Source: Octopus vulgaris
Taxonomy: Eukaryota
Assembly: GCA_951406725.2 (NCBI GenBank)
Contig: OX597827.1
Location: forward strand, 57,846,001-57,910,000
DNA: 64,000 nt
Direction of reading: 5' to 3'
The position numbers and the translations under genes were made by a program. Below, in pieces: positions 49,865 through 63,100 of this stretch. How positions within the stretch are numbered: the first letter of the stretch is position 1; each line of letters starts with the position of its first letter. The notes beneath the pieces were generated by a model. It was not told where the DNA came from, ran no database searches, and saw only the letters and a program-made list of their open reading frames with translations.

Positions 49865-50991
49865 CTAGCTGAATTACTCGGCATTGCCCAGGTTACTGCT
49901 GTTCTTATTCAGAATAGTAAACAATAGATTTGAGGATATACTTTTTATTCTCATAATTATTTCAAAATATCTATATTTTATTTAAAAATATTCAAATTGT
50001 AACGATAATAGAATTTAGAACTGAAAACTTGTTAATCTTGAAGCACCTCAGGGTAAACAATATTCATTATGTAATCTTTTGTTGGTATCCAAATGAATAA
50101 ATTGTTGCTGCTTCCAACTCGTGAGCAACCAACATAGAGTTGGCTGTGAGAGAAGCATGTAGTAGTGAGATTAAGTGCAACCACCTTGAGGGACTGACCC
50201 TGAGATTTGTTAATTGAACTACCAAAACTTAGTTTGACTGGAAACTGAAGCCTCTTAAATTCAATTGGAACATCTGTAGGTATGAGAGGAAGTTTTGGAA
50301 TAAAGACATTTTCTACTTTGTAACTACCTGTTATTATTGATGCCCCAAAGGAATGGGGCTTCATGGAAGTAATAATGAAGCAAGTTCCATTACACAGGCG
50401 AGGAGGGTCAAGATTCCTAAGCAACATAATGGGAGCATTCAACTTTAGTGTCAAGTTATGCGGTGACATCACAGTGGTTTAAGTGTGTTCAGAAATTCAA
50501 CAGGGTATTGAACAGCCTGATCTCAATCGACTGTTGTGTAAATTAATGGAAAAGACATTTCTGATGGATCTGTTAACTTTTGAAGAAGTTCATGATTGAG
50601 TTTATCAGCCATTTCATTAGCTGGAGCCAGTATAGCTCTTTCACATAGCCAATTTACATCAATGGAATTGACAATCATGCATACACTGACATGCATACAC
50701 TAAAATAGACAACAGAGACACTCATTTATGTAATGAACATGCAAACACACACACACACACTCATATACAAAATGTGACATTGTTGTGGTATAAAATGTCC
50801 TTTATTACAGTTGACTATAGAAAGATTATTTTAGATAAAATATTATATTGTTTTAATCCAAATGAAAATAAAAATTACGTTGACACTTGCGGGGTCTAAT
50901 ACCTTGTGAAATTTGATATGATTAGGTTGAGCTGTCTGAGAATGCATAGGGAACAGACAGAGAGAGAGAAAGAATTTTATATAGAGAGAGA
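49865..50991 (-). mobile_element. Internally deleted Helitron (~1.13 kb) with both termini
   Basis: Minus strand starts A|TCTCTCTCTATATAAAA followed by a (TC)n/TCTG tract. It ends with hairpin CTGGGCAATGCCGAG then CTAG|T, i.e. insertion into AT with no TSD. Carries a helicase remnant. Confidence 0.85.
50032..50670 (-). pseudogene. Helitron PIF1-like helicase C-terminal fragment, disrupted
   Basis: ORF 50032-50472 contains PIMLLRNLDPPRLCNGT, FKRLQFPVKLSF, INKSQGQSL and FSHSQLYVGCSRV. Upstream the frame continues WLCERAILAP...QAVQYPVEFLNTL with a stop and a frameshift. Confidence 0.92.
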
Positions 50992-53689
50992 TTACTTATA
51001 CGCATTTCAACTAAAGGCTGCAATCATATTGGAGTACTACCTTTGCTAATGTTTCATTAGTAGTCATTGCAACATAAGGACATTTCAAAAGTGAATCAAT
51101 GGCAATACACATTTTTTTGTTGTTATTGTAATATGGCCCAGTATAGTTGATATGTATTCACTGCCATGGCCCAAATATTTTTGTTCTTTCATTTGGTTTT
51201 TTATTTAGAGCATTAGCAAATGATTGATATACTAAGCATGATTTGACAAGTATATCTCTACTGGACTGCAGTTTCAACCAGTAGCAGTATCTGCAACTTA
51301 TGTTTAATTTGGACCACGCACTAATAATCATCAAGCAGTTGAGTGAAAATTTTACTTTGAAATATTTTTGAAATAACTATCCTAGGGAAATTGGACCACA
51401 AAATTTAATATATTCCTGTGATAATTAATTGCATCACATTTTGTCCATTATTCTCTTTAATGTTTAGTTTTTCAAGCCAACCATTATTGATGAATTGTTT
51501 AATTCAAATAATATCAATATCAGACTTTATGGCTGATTCAACTTCTTTAGTAGTAACAGACATTCCATAGAGACTTTCATCAATAATTTGATGTATTTTA
51601 AATCCAGATAAAATATGATGTCTTTGACTTTCATGAAAATCGTAATTAAGTTCGATCAACAGTCTGGATAATGCATCAGCATTTCTGTGTTGCTTCAAAG
51701 CTTTATAATATACTGCATAACATCCTCAATGTTGTAGTCTTTAAGACCTAAACACCAGCATATTATTATCTGGTGAGTGTACGTGTATTAGTAGCTTGTG
51801 ATCAGTGATTAATTCAGCATGAAAACCCAACATAATAGAGAATCCCTTGTTACCTATTCATAAATATCCAGTGAGCCAATAAATATTCAACTCCATTTCC
51901 ATGCTGTAACAGAACTTCAATGATGACTGAGCAATACATCTACATCTAAAATTAGTAACAAATTTTCATTGTAATGTTTGAAAAGCTCTATGGCATCAAT
52001 CACTTGTTGTTCAATCATCTGACCATTTCAATGATACCTTGTTTTTCATTAAATTATGTAACAGTACAGTAAGGCCTGCCATGGTCTCAATGAACATAGG
52101 ATAGGATAATATCCAACTTTTGAAACAAATTCTAATACTTCATTTGCATTTTTCTTTTTTTTACTTAATTGTAACTGTGAAGACAGAAAAAGTGTATTTC
52201 TATCAAATATTTTTTGTGATTCTTCTGTTAACTTGCTTAGTAAATAAGTATCTTTAAAATTCCTGTATACAGATATTTTTCCATTCTCCAACTTACAGAA
52301 TACTCCACCATATTTGAGCACTATTTAGCATTCTTTAGTCAGTTTCTCGACAATTTAAAATTGTTCAGATACAAATTTTGCCATCTAGCTTCCAAATAGA
52401 TAAAAGAGACACATCCCAATTGCTGTAGTCTAATGGTTCCAATGAACTGTTCAATTTTTACTAATTTTGCTTTTGAAAATGGTAATAGTCTGACCTGTGA
52501 ATTTATCAGTTTCTTGCCTAGATGAAGTTGAATTAGCATGCATTTTCATGCTTCAGGAAACGAAAATTAACTTAAAATATTTAGTACATAAATTGTGAAG
52601 TTTATCTTTAATATTAAAATCAGTTGAATTATCAACATTATTTACAATATCAGTAAAACTACTGAGCACAGGTGCCTAATTCATTCTGAATAGGTTTGAA
52701 ACCATTTCAGAATAAATAACAATAGTTTCAAAATTTTATCATTTATTTCCAATTTTAATATTAATTATAAATTTTACTGATATGGATTCTAACAGTAGGG
52801 ATATAAGAATTTTATATGCATTTAAATCATTCAAAGTTTTAGTGGTACTAGTATCTAATTTGTATTTAATCAACTTATTGATTTGTACTGAAATACAACA
52901 TTTATTCCTGTTTTCATACAAACATTTTTTTTCATTTATTTCAAAGTAATATCAATATTTAATTCGTTTGACTTGTATGTACTAATGACATAATTATTTT
53001 CATGATGATGATAATTTAAAAATTTGTTTGATAGTTTCTTTTTTAAATTTGAAATTATTATTACATGTGTCTATGAGAGAAACAATTATCATTCAAATTT
53101 TATGCCCTGTGCACATTCACTAAAAGATCAATTTTTCCATGTGAATTACATTTTTTATCCTTATGTAGGCAACCGTTTCTTTTTGTGATCAGTATAACAT
53201 TATACATAAAGATATTTATAAATTAACACATAACAGGTGTGACTGTCATGTAGATATATTTTCCAAATTAAATGAAGCTAACCAATTACCAGAATGTTAC
53301 ATTCTTAATGACATTTATCAAAATTTCCCAATTAAAAAAACCAAAACCCCAAAAAAAAAAAAAAAAATGGAATTTCGGGTTGCTTGCTTATCAACTATCT
53401 ACAAATTTCTTATTTCAATTAAACAAGGAAGCCCCATCAGGAGATTTGACAAATGAAACTGTAGCTAAATCAGTTCCTTTTATTAAAAAAAAAAGTGTAT
53501 ATGAAGAGTTATTTAACTTAGTTTCTGACATTAAGTGAAACAGAAACTAGAGAAGCTTCCTTTTTATAGAAGTGCTATATATAATCATGTATTACAAGAG
53601 CTACATACTTTTTAAAAAACTTACAAATGATTGCAAATACAGAATTGGTCTATAATTAAACTTTTAAAATACAGTTCCAAATATTAAGT

Positions 53690-54237
53690 GCAGGCATAGC
53701 TGTGTGCTTAACAAGTATGCTTCCCAACTGTATGGCTTCAGGTTCAGTTCAACTGGGTGATACCTCCAACAACTGTCTTCTACTTATAGCCCAGGTCAAC
53801 CAAAACCTTGTGAATGGATGTGCATGTGTTGCTTTGTCTTAACCTTGCACATAGGTGCAAGAGTGGATGTGTGGTAAGTAGCTTGCTTACCAGCCACATG
53901 GTTCCGGGTTCAGTCCCACTGTGTGGCACCTTGGGCAAGTGTCTTCTACTATATCCTCGGGTCAACCAAAGCCTTGTGAGTGGATTTGGTAGATAGAAAC
54001 TGAAAGAAGCCCGTCATATATATATGTATGTATATGTTTGTGTGTCTATGTTTGTCCCCCCAACGTTACTTCACAACCAATGCTGGTGTGCTTAAGTCAC
54101 CGTCACTTAGCGGTTCAGTAAGAGAGACCAATACAATAAGTACTAGGCTTACAAAGAATAAGTCCTGGGGTTGATTTGCTTGACTAAATGCGGTGCTCCA
54201 GCATGGCCACAGTCAATTGACTGAAACAAATTAAAGA
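53690..54237 (+). mobile_element. SINE family A copy (53856-54237) nested after an older related SINE head (53690-53830)
   Basis: Colinear with 12947-13356; a second, diverged head lies immediately upstream. Confidence 0.8.
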
Positions 54238-54807
54238 ATTAATAGTTGTAAACGAGTGTCACAATCGTGCAGGAAAGTGTTGCTCGTTGCCAATCATCTA
54301 CGAAAACAGGCCTGGTCATGGGGAAAATATTACCTTAGTTGAAACAGGTGAAGGTTGGCAAAAGGAAGGGCATCCTGTGATAGAAAATCTGCTTCAACAA
54401 ATTCCATCTGATCCATGCAAGCATAGAAAAGTGGATGTGAAAAAAAAACCGATCATGATGATAATGATAATCATTTATTTTACTGAAACTTACCTGAAAC
54501 AAATCAATATGTTTATGGAATGTTTCTCACTTTTTTTTTTAAGTTGTCTATTTGAATTATTCATTGTTCTAGGATTTAGGACTTAAAGAACAAAACCTGT
54601 TTGGAAAATTAATATGTAAATATGAAACTCCAAAAATCAGATACCTTCCCTAAAAGTTTTTTTTGCTTTCTTTTTCTAAGATTATTCTTACAAAAGTAGT
54701 TTTTATGCCAGGATAAAAAAAATTTATGAGAAGACATTTTAGTAAAAGACTTGCAGCTTTAAAATTAGGCTACAAGATTAACTATTAAAAAAAAAAGGAA
54801 AAGAGTA

Positions 54808-55606
54808 AGGTGCAGGCATGGACATGTGGTTAAGAAGATTCTTTTTCTACCATGTGCTTTTGGGTTTGTCTTGTCTTGGGTTGAGCTGGCTTCATTCATC
54901 CTCAGTGCTGCATCTCTCACAAACGCCGACCAGGCCTGGCAATTTGAGGATAACGACTGTGTGATCTCCAACCACTCCCTATTCCAGCAGCAAACGCCGT
55001 AGACATGGAGGCCTAAGTTGGGTTCCAGATCAGCCTTGACTATCATCAGCCAGGTTTTTCGTTGTCCACCACATCGTTTTTGCCAACCCTGAAGGGGAGC
55101 TGGGGCAATTGCTACGTAGATGAATTCGCATGGTCGATGACGGAGGGCATGACCCAGCCAACGCAGACGTCTCGTTAGGATGACTTGTCGGAGGGAGGTG
55201 GTTTTGCACTGGTGTCACACCGAATTGTTGGAGACAAAGTGATGCCATCAGACACATGAAGGATGCGACTTTTGGGTTTAGTCCCAATCCATGCAATACC
55301 GTGGGCAAGTATCTTCTGCAATAGCGCCTGTGAGTGAATTTGGTAGACGGAAACTGCATGGAAGCCTACCGTGTACATGCGTGTGTGCATGTGATTGTGC
55401 TTGCCTCCTCCCGCCTCCACCATTAGATAACTGGTGTTGGTTTGTTTACATCCCCCTAACTTAGCAGTTCAGCAGAAGAGGCCAATTGGATAAATTAAAA
55501 GTTAAAAAAACACAAAAGTACTGGTGTCAATTTGGTCAACTAAATCCTCCAAGGTTGTGTCCCCAGCATGGCCACAGTCCAATAACTAAAACAAGTACAA
55601 GATAAG
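54808..55606 (+). mobile_element. Older family A-related SINE split by the RTE insertion
   Basis: Head at 54808-54867 continues at 55280 (AGTCCC...GGGCAAGT) through to the tail at ~55605. Confidence 0.7.
54868..55268 (-). mobile_element. 5'-truncated RTE-clade LINE 3' end with 11-bp TSD, inserted into a SINE
   Basis: Translates as RRLRWLGHALR...GWQKRCGGQRKTWLMIVKADLE, typical of an RTE ORF C-terminus. Short CAAGA-repeat tail; direct repeat CTTTTGGGTTT at 54857-54867 and 55269-55279. Confidence 0.85.
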
Positions 55607-56154
55607 AAATAATCTAATTATCTAAAGTTTAGTTATCTGAGTTAATATGATATCAACCTGAAGTAGAGTAAGAGATTACAGTCTTATTAGCATATTTCAT
55701 TACCTGTAAATAGGTACCAAGTAATGAATATAACATGCCCCTGCATAACTGACAAATATTTTATTACCTTTCAGCAGTGCTAAACTTAAATCCTACAATG
55801 GGTTAGTTTTTTTTGTGCGTGTGTTTTTATTAACTCTTGAAATCAATAACATTAATTGCCCATTGATGGACGCAGTTCATTAGGGAGAGGTCACAATAGT
55901 GGCTTTATTTATCACACTTGCATAAAATTAATATTATTGATTAATTGAATACTGTCCTAATGAGATGTACAAAGAAAGAGTCAGTTTAGGTTATAATAAA
56001 CTCACAGCTATTTACAAAGATAAAGCTATTTTTCAAAAACGAAACGCAAGAAAAAAAGGAAAATAGCAATAATAGATTTTTTAATGTTTTCCCGCCACCT
56101 CTTCCTAGTTTTTCTTCTTTTTGCATTGTTATGAAGGGTAAACTGATATTACAA

Positions 56155-56189
<35 letters not shown>

Positions 56190-56194
56190 CTTAC

Positions 56195-56314
56195 CTGCTT
56201 TTCCTCGAGGTGCAATATGTCTACTTTCTAATTCTTCTTCAGTGAGATACTTAGAATCTTTTTCTTTTTTTATGCGTTTTTCTAACTCTTGGTTGTCTTC
56301 ACGTAATCTATTGT
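56195..56314 (-). CDS. Internal coding exon A (120 nt, phase 1/1) of an unidentified minus-strand gene; charged, coiled-coil-like peptide xNRLREDNQELEKRIKKEKDSKYLTEEELESRHIAPRGKA
   Basis: Minus strand has a pyrimidine tract ending ttcctctttcag|ACAAT and a donor GCAG|gtaagt. The frame is open and its phase-1 end joins exon 46594 in frame (G+AT=Asp). Upstream exons were not recognised in this window. Confidence 0.88.
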
Positions 56315-57072
56315 CTGAAAGAGGAAAAAAAAAAGAGAAAATAGTTCAAAGAAGAAAGAAAAAAAACCTTAAAAAAAAAAAAACAAAACCAAACAGAGAC
56401 AAATTCAAAAAGAAATTTTTTTTTTCTGTGATCACAATTGCAATGATTGGCTAACAAATGAAAACAGTTGTCAGAGGCTGCCAAGTCTGGCAATGCAATG
56501 CTATTGTAACAATACCAAGAGAGTTTCTAATTAATTCTCAGACTTATACACCCCAACACAGCTCTGTAACGAAGAGTTTAAATTGGATTTTTAAAATTGA
56601 GGAGTAAAAGAAAGAGGAAATGTCGAATACAATAAAAGAATTATAAAGGAAAAGAACTGGGGTACTTTTTATATTCTCAGATATTTGTTTGAGAAAAATT
56701 CATTGAAGGTACTCATTAATCAGTAATACAACAAAATAGCAATGTTTCGTATTAAAAACATAAGAAAAAATTATAAAAAGAGTAGCAAATGAGTTAATCT
56801 GGAATTCCTACTGAGAGAAGAAGGTGACCTTGAGATTCAGTGTACAGCATACACCACTGAAATAACTAAAGAACTGCTTTTGAAAAGAAAAGCGCAATTC
56901 CAATTGTTTCAATTTGGATATCTTTAGAGAAGAAATCAATCAACAGATAAGGAAGTCATTAATAGAACTGCTTTTAATAATTTTACTTTGGATTTAAAAA
57001 GAAGAGAAAATAAGAAACAGAAAATAAGATAGAAAAAAAGAACCCAGTTTTATAGATGTGTAAATAATAATG

Positions 57073-57106
<34 letters not shown>

Positions 57107-57260
57107 CGACAATGCTGGTATAAGTCAGTTTTAAATAAAATATTTTTTCCTCAATATTTAAAGCACTGAAACAGGTAATTTTTCAAACTAAAAGAATAAG
57201 TTGGCTGAGAAAAATACTTCTAAAATATAAAAGGAATATTAGAGTGTGTTTTTTTCTCTT

Positions 57261-57446
<186 letters not shown>

Positions 57447-57901
57447 GTCTTGTTTTAAATAGAAAATGATGGAACAATTATATAAAAAAAATATATTTAT
57501 CAACAGAAATGTATTCCATGCAGCATGAAATTACAGCAACTGAAGGTTAATCCATAAGTAAAAAAAAGAGGAAAGAAAAGAGAAAGCTATTCAAAGCATA
57601 CTATTATTACAGTCACTAAATACAGTATAATATTGACAACAGAACTGAATAGCTCCATACCAATCGAAAGAGGCAAAAAAAAAAAAAAAAAAAAAAGTAA
57701 GAAATTGAAATCTATAAGAGAAAGTTCTCCAAACTACATACAATTCAAGCCTAAGTTAAAATGACCTTTATTTAAGTACAATAGAGGTTATGCTTTGCTG
57801 GAGATAACGTGAGCTGATAGTTTGACAGTGATGATAAGAATGTTTCAACTTCTACAGTAAATCTACACAACAAAAGAAATCAATAAAATTTTGATATATA
57901 A

Positions 57902-57942
<41 letters not shown>

Positions 57943-58326
57943 AACGAAAAAGTGGGTAAAAAAACAAAACGGAAAGAAGGTACACTCCAGTCGTATATAT
58001 TACTAGACTGTGTACAAGTGTATCTGCACACCCACATAGAAAGATGCTTGGTGTTAGGTTCACTGATTAATGATATGTGTATGATTCTGAAGTTTCTCTT
58101 AACCAAATATTTCAAATATGCTTTCTAGTGTATCAAGTATATGACAGTAATTTAAAACATTTGATTCGCAAGAGTAAAGATCAGATTAGAATTGAAATTC
58201 TGTTTGATGATAAGAAGGAAAACAAACTCTAGAAAATCATAGGTTATTTTACTTTCAAGATTACAAACAATAAAACGTCTTCACAATTAACTTTGAGTTA
58301 TGATTTAACAACAAAATATGAATTAA

Positions 58327-58546
58327 CCCTTTAGTGTTTAAACCGGCCATATCCGGCCAAAATATTCTACCTATTTTATGTTCAAACTAGTCAGATATGG
58401 TCATTCATAGCTATCTTATTGTGTCATTTTCAAAATAAACAATCACATCATTGAAATCTCAAAGCCATGAAATGATGCAAGATTAATTTTACATGGTGTG
58501 AATACATAAGCTTTACATTTTACAGAATAATCTGAATGCTAAAGGG
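58327..58546. mobile_element. piggyBac-type MITE, family 1
   Basis: TTAA|CCCTTTAG...CTAAAGGG|TTAA; homologous to 41800-42010 and 10860-11075. Confidence 0.85.
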
Positions 58547-59741
58547 TTAAGTAGGCACGAAGATGAGTCTACTGCCTAGTAGAGGATGTTAGCATAAAGA
58601 TATGATTTTAGAATTTCAAAATCAGGAAACCAAGAGCATGCTGTTCACGCGCGCACACATACATACACACACACACACACATCATATTTGTTACTATTTC
58701 AAATAATTTCAAGTAACTGTTTTAAGTTATTGATGAATAAAATGAACACCAAAGAAGAACATATGATTAATATGACCCATTTTCAATCTATAGGCTTTAT
58801 GATAGCCTAAAGAATGAAATTTAATAAGTAAAGTTTTAAGAGAAATTTTTTATTAATTTGAAATTATAAGAAAAAAAAAATTAAACTAGAGACTAGAAAT
58901 AAAAGAATTCCAAAGAGAAACCCAAGGAAAAATATGTTACTACATGCAATTTAGGACAAGTATTTTAAAGAGAAACAGTTTAGAAAGAAAACCAAGGTGA
59001 AAATGTCAGATATTGTAAGTGGACCAAGTAAACACTAATGAAAAGATACCCAACAATGGAAACATAGAAAGAATAATTTCTTAGGTAATACCTACACAGA
59101 TCTGGTAAAGTCAACAAAAGATTAGTGATTAATGTATAAGTGAGGGAGAATTTCAAATCACAGAGAACAGGACAAGATCTACAGCTACCTGCATAGAGTA
59201 GATTTTCCTGACATTACAGTAGGCTGATCATATTGGACTTGTCTTCTTCACTTGTTGCCTTTAGAGGGAGATTTATTCAATTGCATGAATAATTTCAGTT
59301 AGTGAAAGTTTTTTCAACTCTCTTTAGGACATATTTGTAGCAGCTAAGTGGCATGCTCCCTGGATATATTTTCTCTCAGTTGTATTTTTTTCATAATCAG
59401 TGTCATTATATTGCTCCTATTTCTAAACATGTTCACCACCCTTAATCATGCCAACTAAGTAGAAAATGCTTCATTGAACAGGTATAAGACCAAACTATGA
59501 CCTTTGTTTCCATTCCCATCTACATTTCATATATTTTCCAAAATTCCAAAATTGATTGATTTTATCACAATAATCTTTCTTGCTCATTGATTTTATATTA
59601 TTAACACTGCTAGAGTTGGTTTTTTTCTTTCATCTAACTGCTTCAATAACCTAAGTTACCCCTACCATATATAACTTTAATACTGTTGGTTCACTCTTTC
59701 AGTTGACCACAGTTTTTGTTTTTAACTATTTGGCATTTACT

Positions 59742-59945
59742 TTACTCTTTTACTTGTTTCAATCATTTGACTGTGGCCATGCTGGAGCACCGCCTTTAGT
59801 CGAGCAAATCGATCCCAGGACTTATTCTTTGTAAGCCTAGTACTTATTCTATCAGTCTCTTTTGTTGAACCGCTAGGTTATGTGGATGTAAACACACCAG
59901 CATCGATTGTCAAGCGACGTTGAGGGGACAAGCACAGACACACAA

Positions 59946-59976
<31 letters not shown>

Positions 59977-60145
59977 CATACATATATACGACGGGCTTCT
60001 TTCAGTTTCCGTCTACCAAATCCACTCACAAGGCTTTTGTTGGCCCAAGGCTATAGTAGAAGACACTCGTCCAAGGTGCAGCGCAGTGGGACTGAACCTG
60101 GAACCATGTGGTTGGTAAGCAAATTACTTACCACACAGCCACTCG
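59742..60145 (-). mobile_element. SINE family A copy
   Basis: Colinear with 9398-9799. Confidence 0.85.
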
Positions 60146-63100
60146 TATGCCTATTCTTCAGCAATGAGACAATTTCCTTCAATATTGCATAAGTATACCA
60201 GAAATAGTGCAATGACAATTTTTAAAGCTGCACTAAGAAAATAAAGACAAGAATTTCTCTTAATAAGACACACACACACACATGTATATTAAACAACCAC
60301 TTCATATTGTTGTAAGGTGATCCATATAGAGGTAGTTATTTTTAGTAGAGGTATTGACTGTTTCTGGTTTAGTTTTGGATTTAAAATTATACAATATTCT
60401 TCTTTTGCCTTTCACAGTAGAATATGTTCTTTCATTTTGGGAAAAGGTAATATTTTCAATTTTCCATTTGCACAAATGTCTAGAATGTTCTCTGTATGAA
60501 ACATTTCTAAGAGATGAATCTATGATTTGTTGTTTATGTATCCAAACACAGAGTATTAATTCTGATCCTGTTTGCTCAATATAATTCTCATTGCATTGTG
60601 GGCATGTGATGCAGTAAATGAGGATTTTTTTTGTTTGTTTTGCAATTCATATGTGCATTAACCTACAATTCTTTCCCATTCATGAATATTTTTGGTTTTG
60701 CCCTTTTCCATTAATTCACACGTCCCACAAAGAAGTCTCCACATTTTGTTACCTGAAATATTTCTTCTGATGCGGATTGTGTCTTTGTTAAGAGTCTTTC
60801 CACATTTGGTGTTTGTCTTTGACTGTTAATAATTTGTGATTCTTTAAATTATTTTTCTGAGATTTGATGGCTGATATAGAAGGGGAAGGTATGGTCAGGC
60901 TGAATGTGAGATTTTATGGTTTCTAAGATTATGGGTAACTACAAACGGAATAGTTTTTACTTTGACTTCTTTCTCATTAAGATCGGGATTTCTTTTGCCT
61001 CGGTCATGACAAGTTTTTCAGGAATTTTTGTTTGTTTAGGAACATTTGGGCACGTGCTCACACACACACACACACACAAAAGCATACAGACACATGTATA
61101 AATATATGTATGTGCGTGCATATATGTTTATGTATATGTGTTGTGTGTGTGTATATAATAGGTAAAAAGACACTGGTTGGTCTTTCTCTTCTATACAAAC
61201 TACACTCATATTTTTATAAAACTGAAACTTTGCTAATTGCTATTGGTCATTCCAAATCTAGCGCCTTGCATATACCTGAAAAGCTCTACATAATTTTTTT
61301 AGTAAAATCAATTTATCCATTACCTTCAATAATACTTTCAAAACAGCTTCATTGCTTAGACATGGATTTAGATTTAAATTCAAGCTGATATTTTCCCTTT
61401 CATGAAACTAATGAAAGCTTCCAATATATCAATGTTAAATTTAACCATCATAGATCTGTCCTAAATAATGTTCTTAAAAGTGTTTCCATTAGAATTTACA
61501 ATCTATTCACAAATGAAGATAACTTCAATAACCATGCCCCTTACTATATATAACTAGGCCCCACTTAGCTAGTGGTTTCTCTGATAAAATTTCTTACAGA
61601 GCACTCAGTAGAATAAGTTTCTCCCTTGCTAAGCATACTTCAAATATTATCTCTGTATACACAGCACAGATGAGCTGGAAACTTCTCTTACTGTGGTTAA
61701 TTCTATCCAACTAAAGCATTCTGGATGACAGTAGGAGCCAAGAAGGTCTATAGCTGAAACTGCCATCTTGGTTACTAGTTAAATCTCTGCCTAAACTTTT
61801 CGTTAATATTCTAAAGTCTAATTTCTCCCCATTCAAGATAAGAACTACTCCATACTTAATACTTCCACTATGAAGTTCTCTTACTCAACTACACCTAATC
61901 TTGGTTCTATAATTGACAGAAACTAGGCCTTATCCATAACTACCCTGGAGTAGCTTATAATAGTAGTTCTTCTAACACTGAGTATAATAATTGTTGTAAC
62001 AATAATCCTCTCAACTATAGTAAACACAAAGCCAGCAATTAAGTAAGGGCTAGTCAACTGTATTGACCCTAGTGTTCAATTAGTACTTATTTCATTGACC
62101 CCAAATGGATGAAAAACAAAGTCAGCTTCAATGGATTTTGAGCTCAGAATGTAAAGATGGATGAAATGTTGCTAAGCATTATCTCTGGCATGCTAATGAT
62201 TCTCCTAGCTCACTATCTTTGTTACTAATTTTAATGATGATGATTATAATAATGTGAGTGAAGGTGAAAGTAAAATTAGAATTAAAAATTAAAAAATTAC
62301 CTCAGAATTACAATAACATTAGCATTAATACTACTAATGCTAAATAATATTTTTAAAAAATTCTAATTATAATAATTATAGTTGTCCCAATAATAAAGTG
62401 ATTATAGATAATCGTATTCTTGTTAATAGTAATAATAATCATTATTTCACATTTCTGCTACAAAAGCAGCTTGGGGGAGGTGGGGATGAGTTGATTACAG
62501 CAATCCCAGTGTTCGACCCCAAAAGGATGAAAGGTAAAGTTGACCTCGGCGGAATTTGAACTCAGAATGTAGCGATGGGTGAAATACAGCTAAGCATTTC
62601 GTCCAGCATGCTAATGATTCTGCCAGCTCACCACCTTAATAGTAATAATAATAATATTGATAGTATTACTAATAATAGTATGATAAATTGGAATACTAAT
62701 AAAAAAGACTATTGTTAATGGTTATTTATCATGTGATACAAATAATAATTGTAGAATACCCAACAATTGTCCTCTGAGAGGTCATTACTTACAACACAAC
62801 AGAAGCATTGTTTATACTAAGCACTTGAATTTGACTAAAGTATATACTGGATTGTTCACTGATTTGAAAAGATGCTTCTTAGTTCATTTTCTAATATTAA
62901 ATTTAAATCACCCATTGCATTAGCAAATTATGTCCATCACCTAAGGACTAAAGAACATTTCTTATGAGATTACCTAGTCTATTCTAACATCGGGAAGATA
63001 GTGGAACTACATGCAATTTGTGTAGCAGGGAATCTGGAAATATTATGGAGATATAATGGAAAGTTGAAATCTTCTCTTTAAAAGACAGCAGGACACTATG

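Larger units (their letters stand above)
49450..53250 (-). mobile_element. Highly decayed Ty3/Gypsy-type LTR retrotransposon internal region, interrupted by the Helitron
   Basis: Ordered relic motifs on the minus strand: zinc-knuckle-like KDKKCNSHGK (~53140), protease-like KLDTS (~52855), RT-like KLENGKISVYRNF (~52270), RNase H ELITDHKLL (~51800), HRNADALSRL (~51675), integrase PWQ*IHINYTGP (~51150). After the Helitron: PETVISYNG...NGIQH (~49820-49760) and PAEML (~49615). Boundaries approximate; LTRs not identified. Confidence 0.75.

Noticed and set aside
56131-56454. 107-aa plus-strand ORF
   Set aside because: Antisense shadow of exon A plus microsatellite and poly-A sequence.
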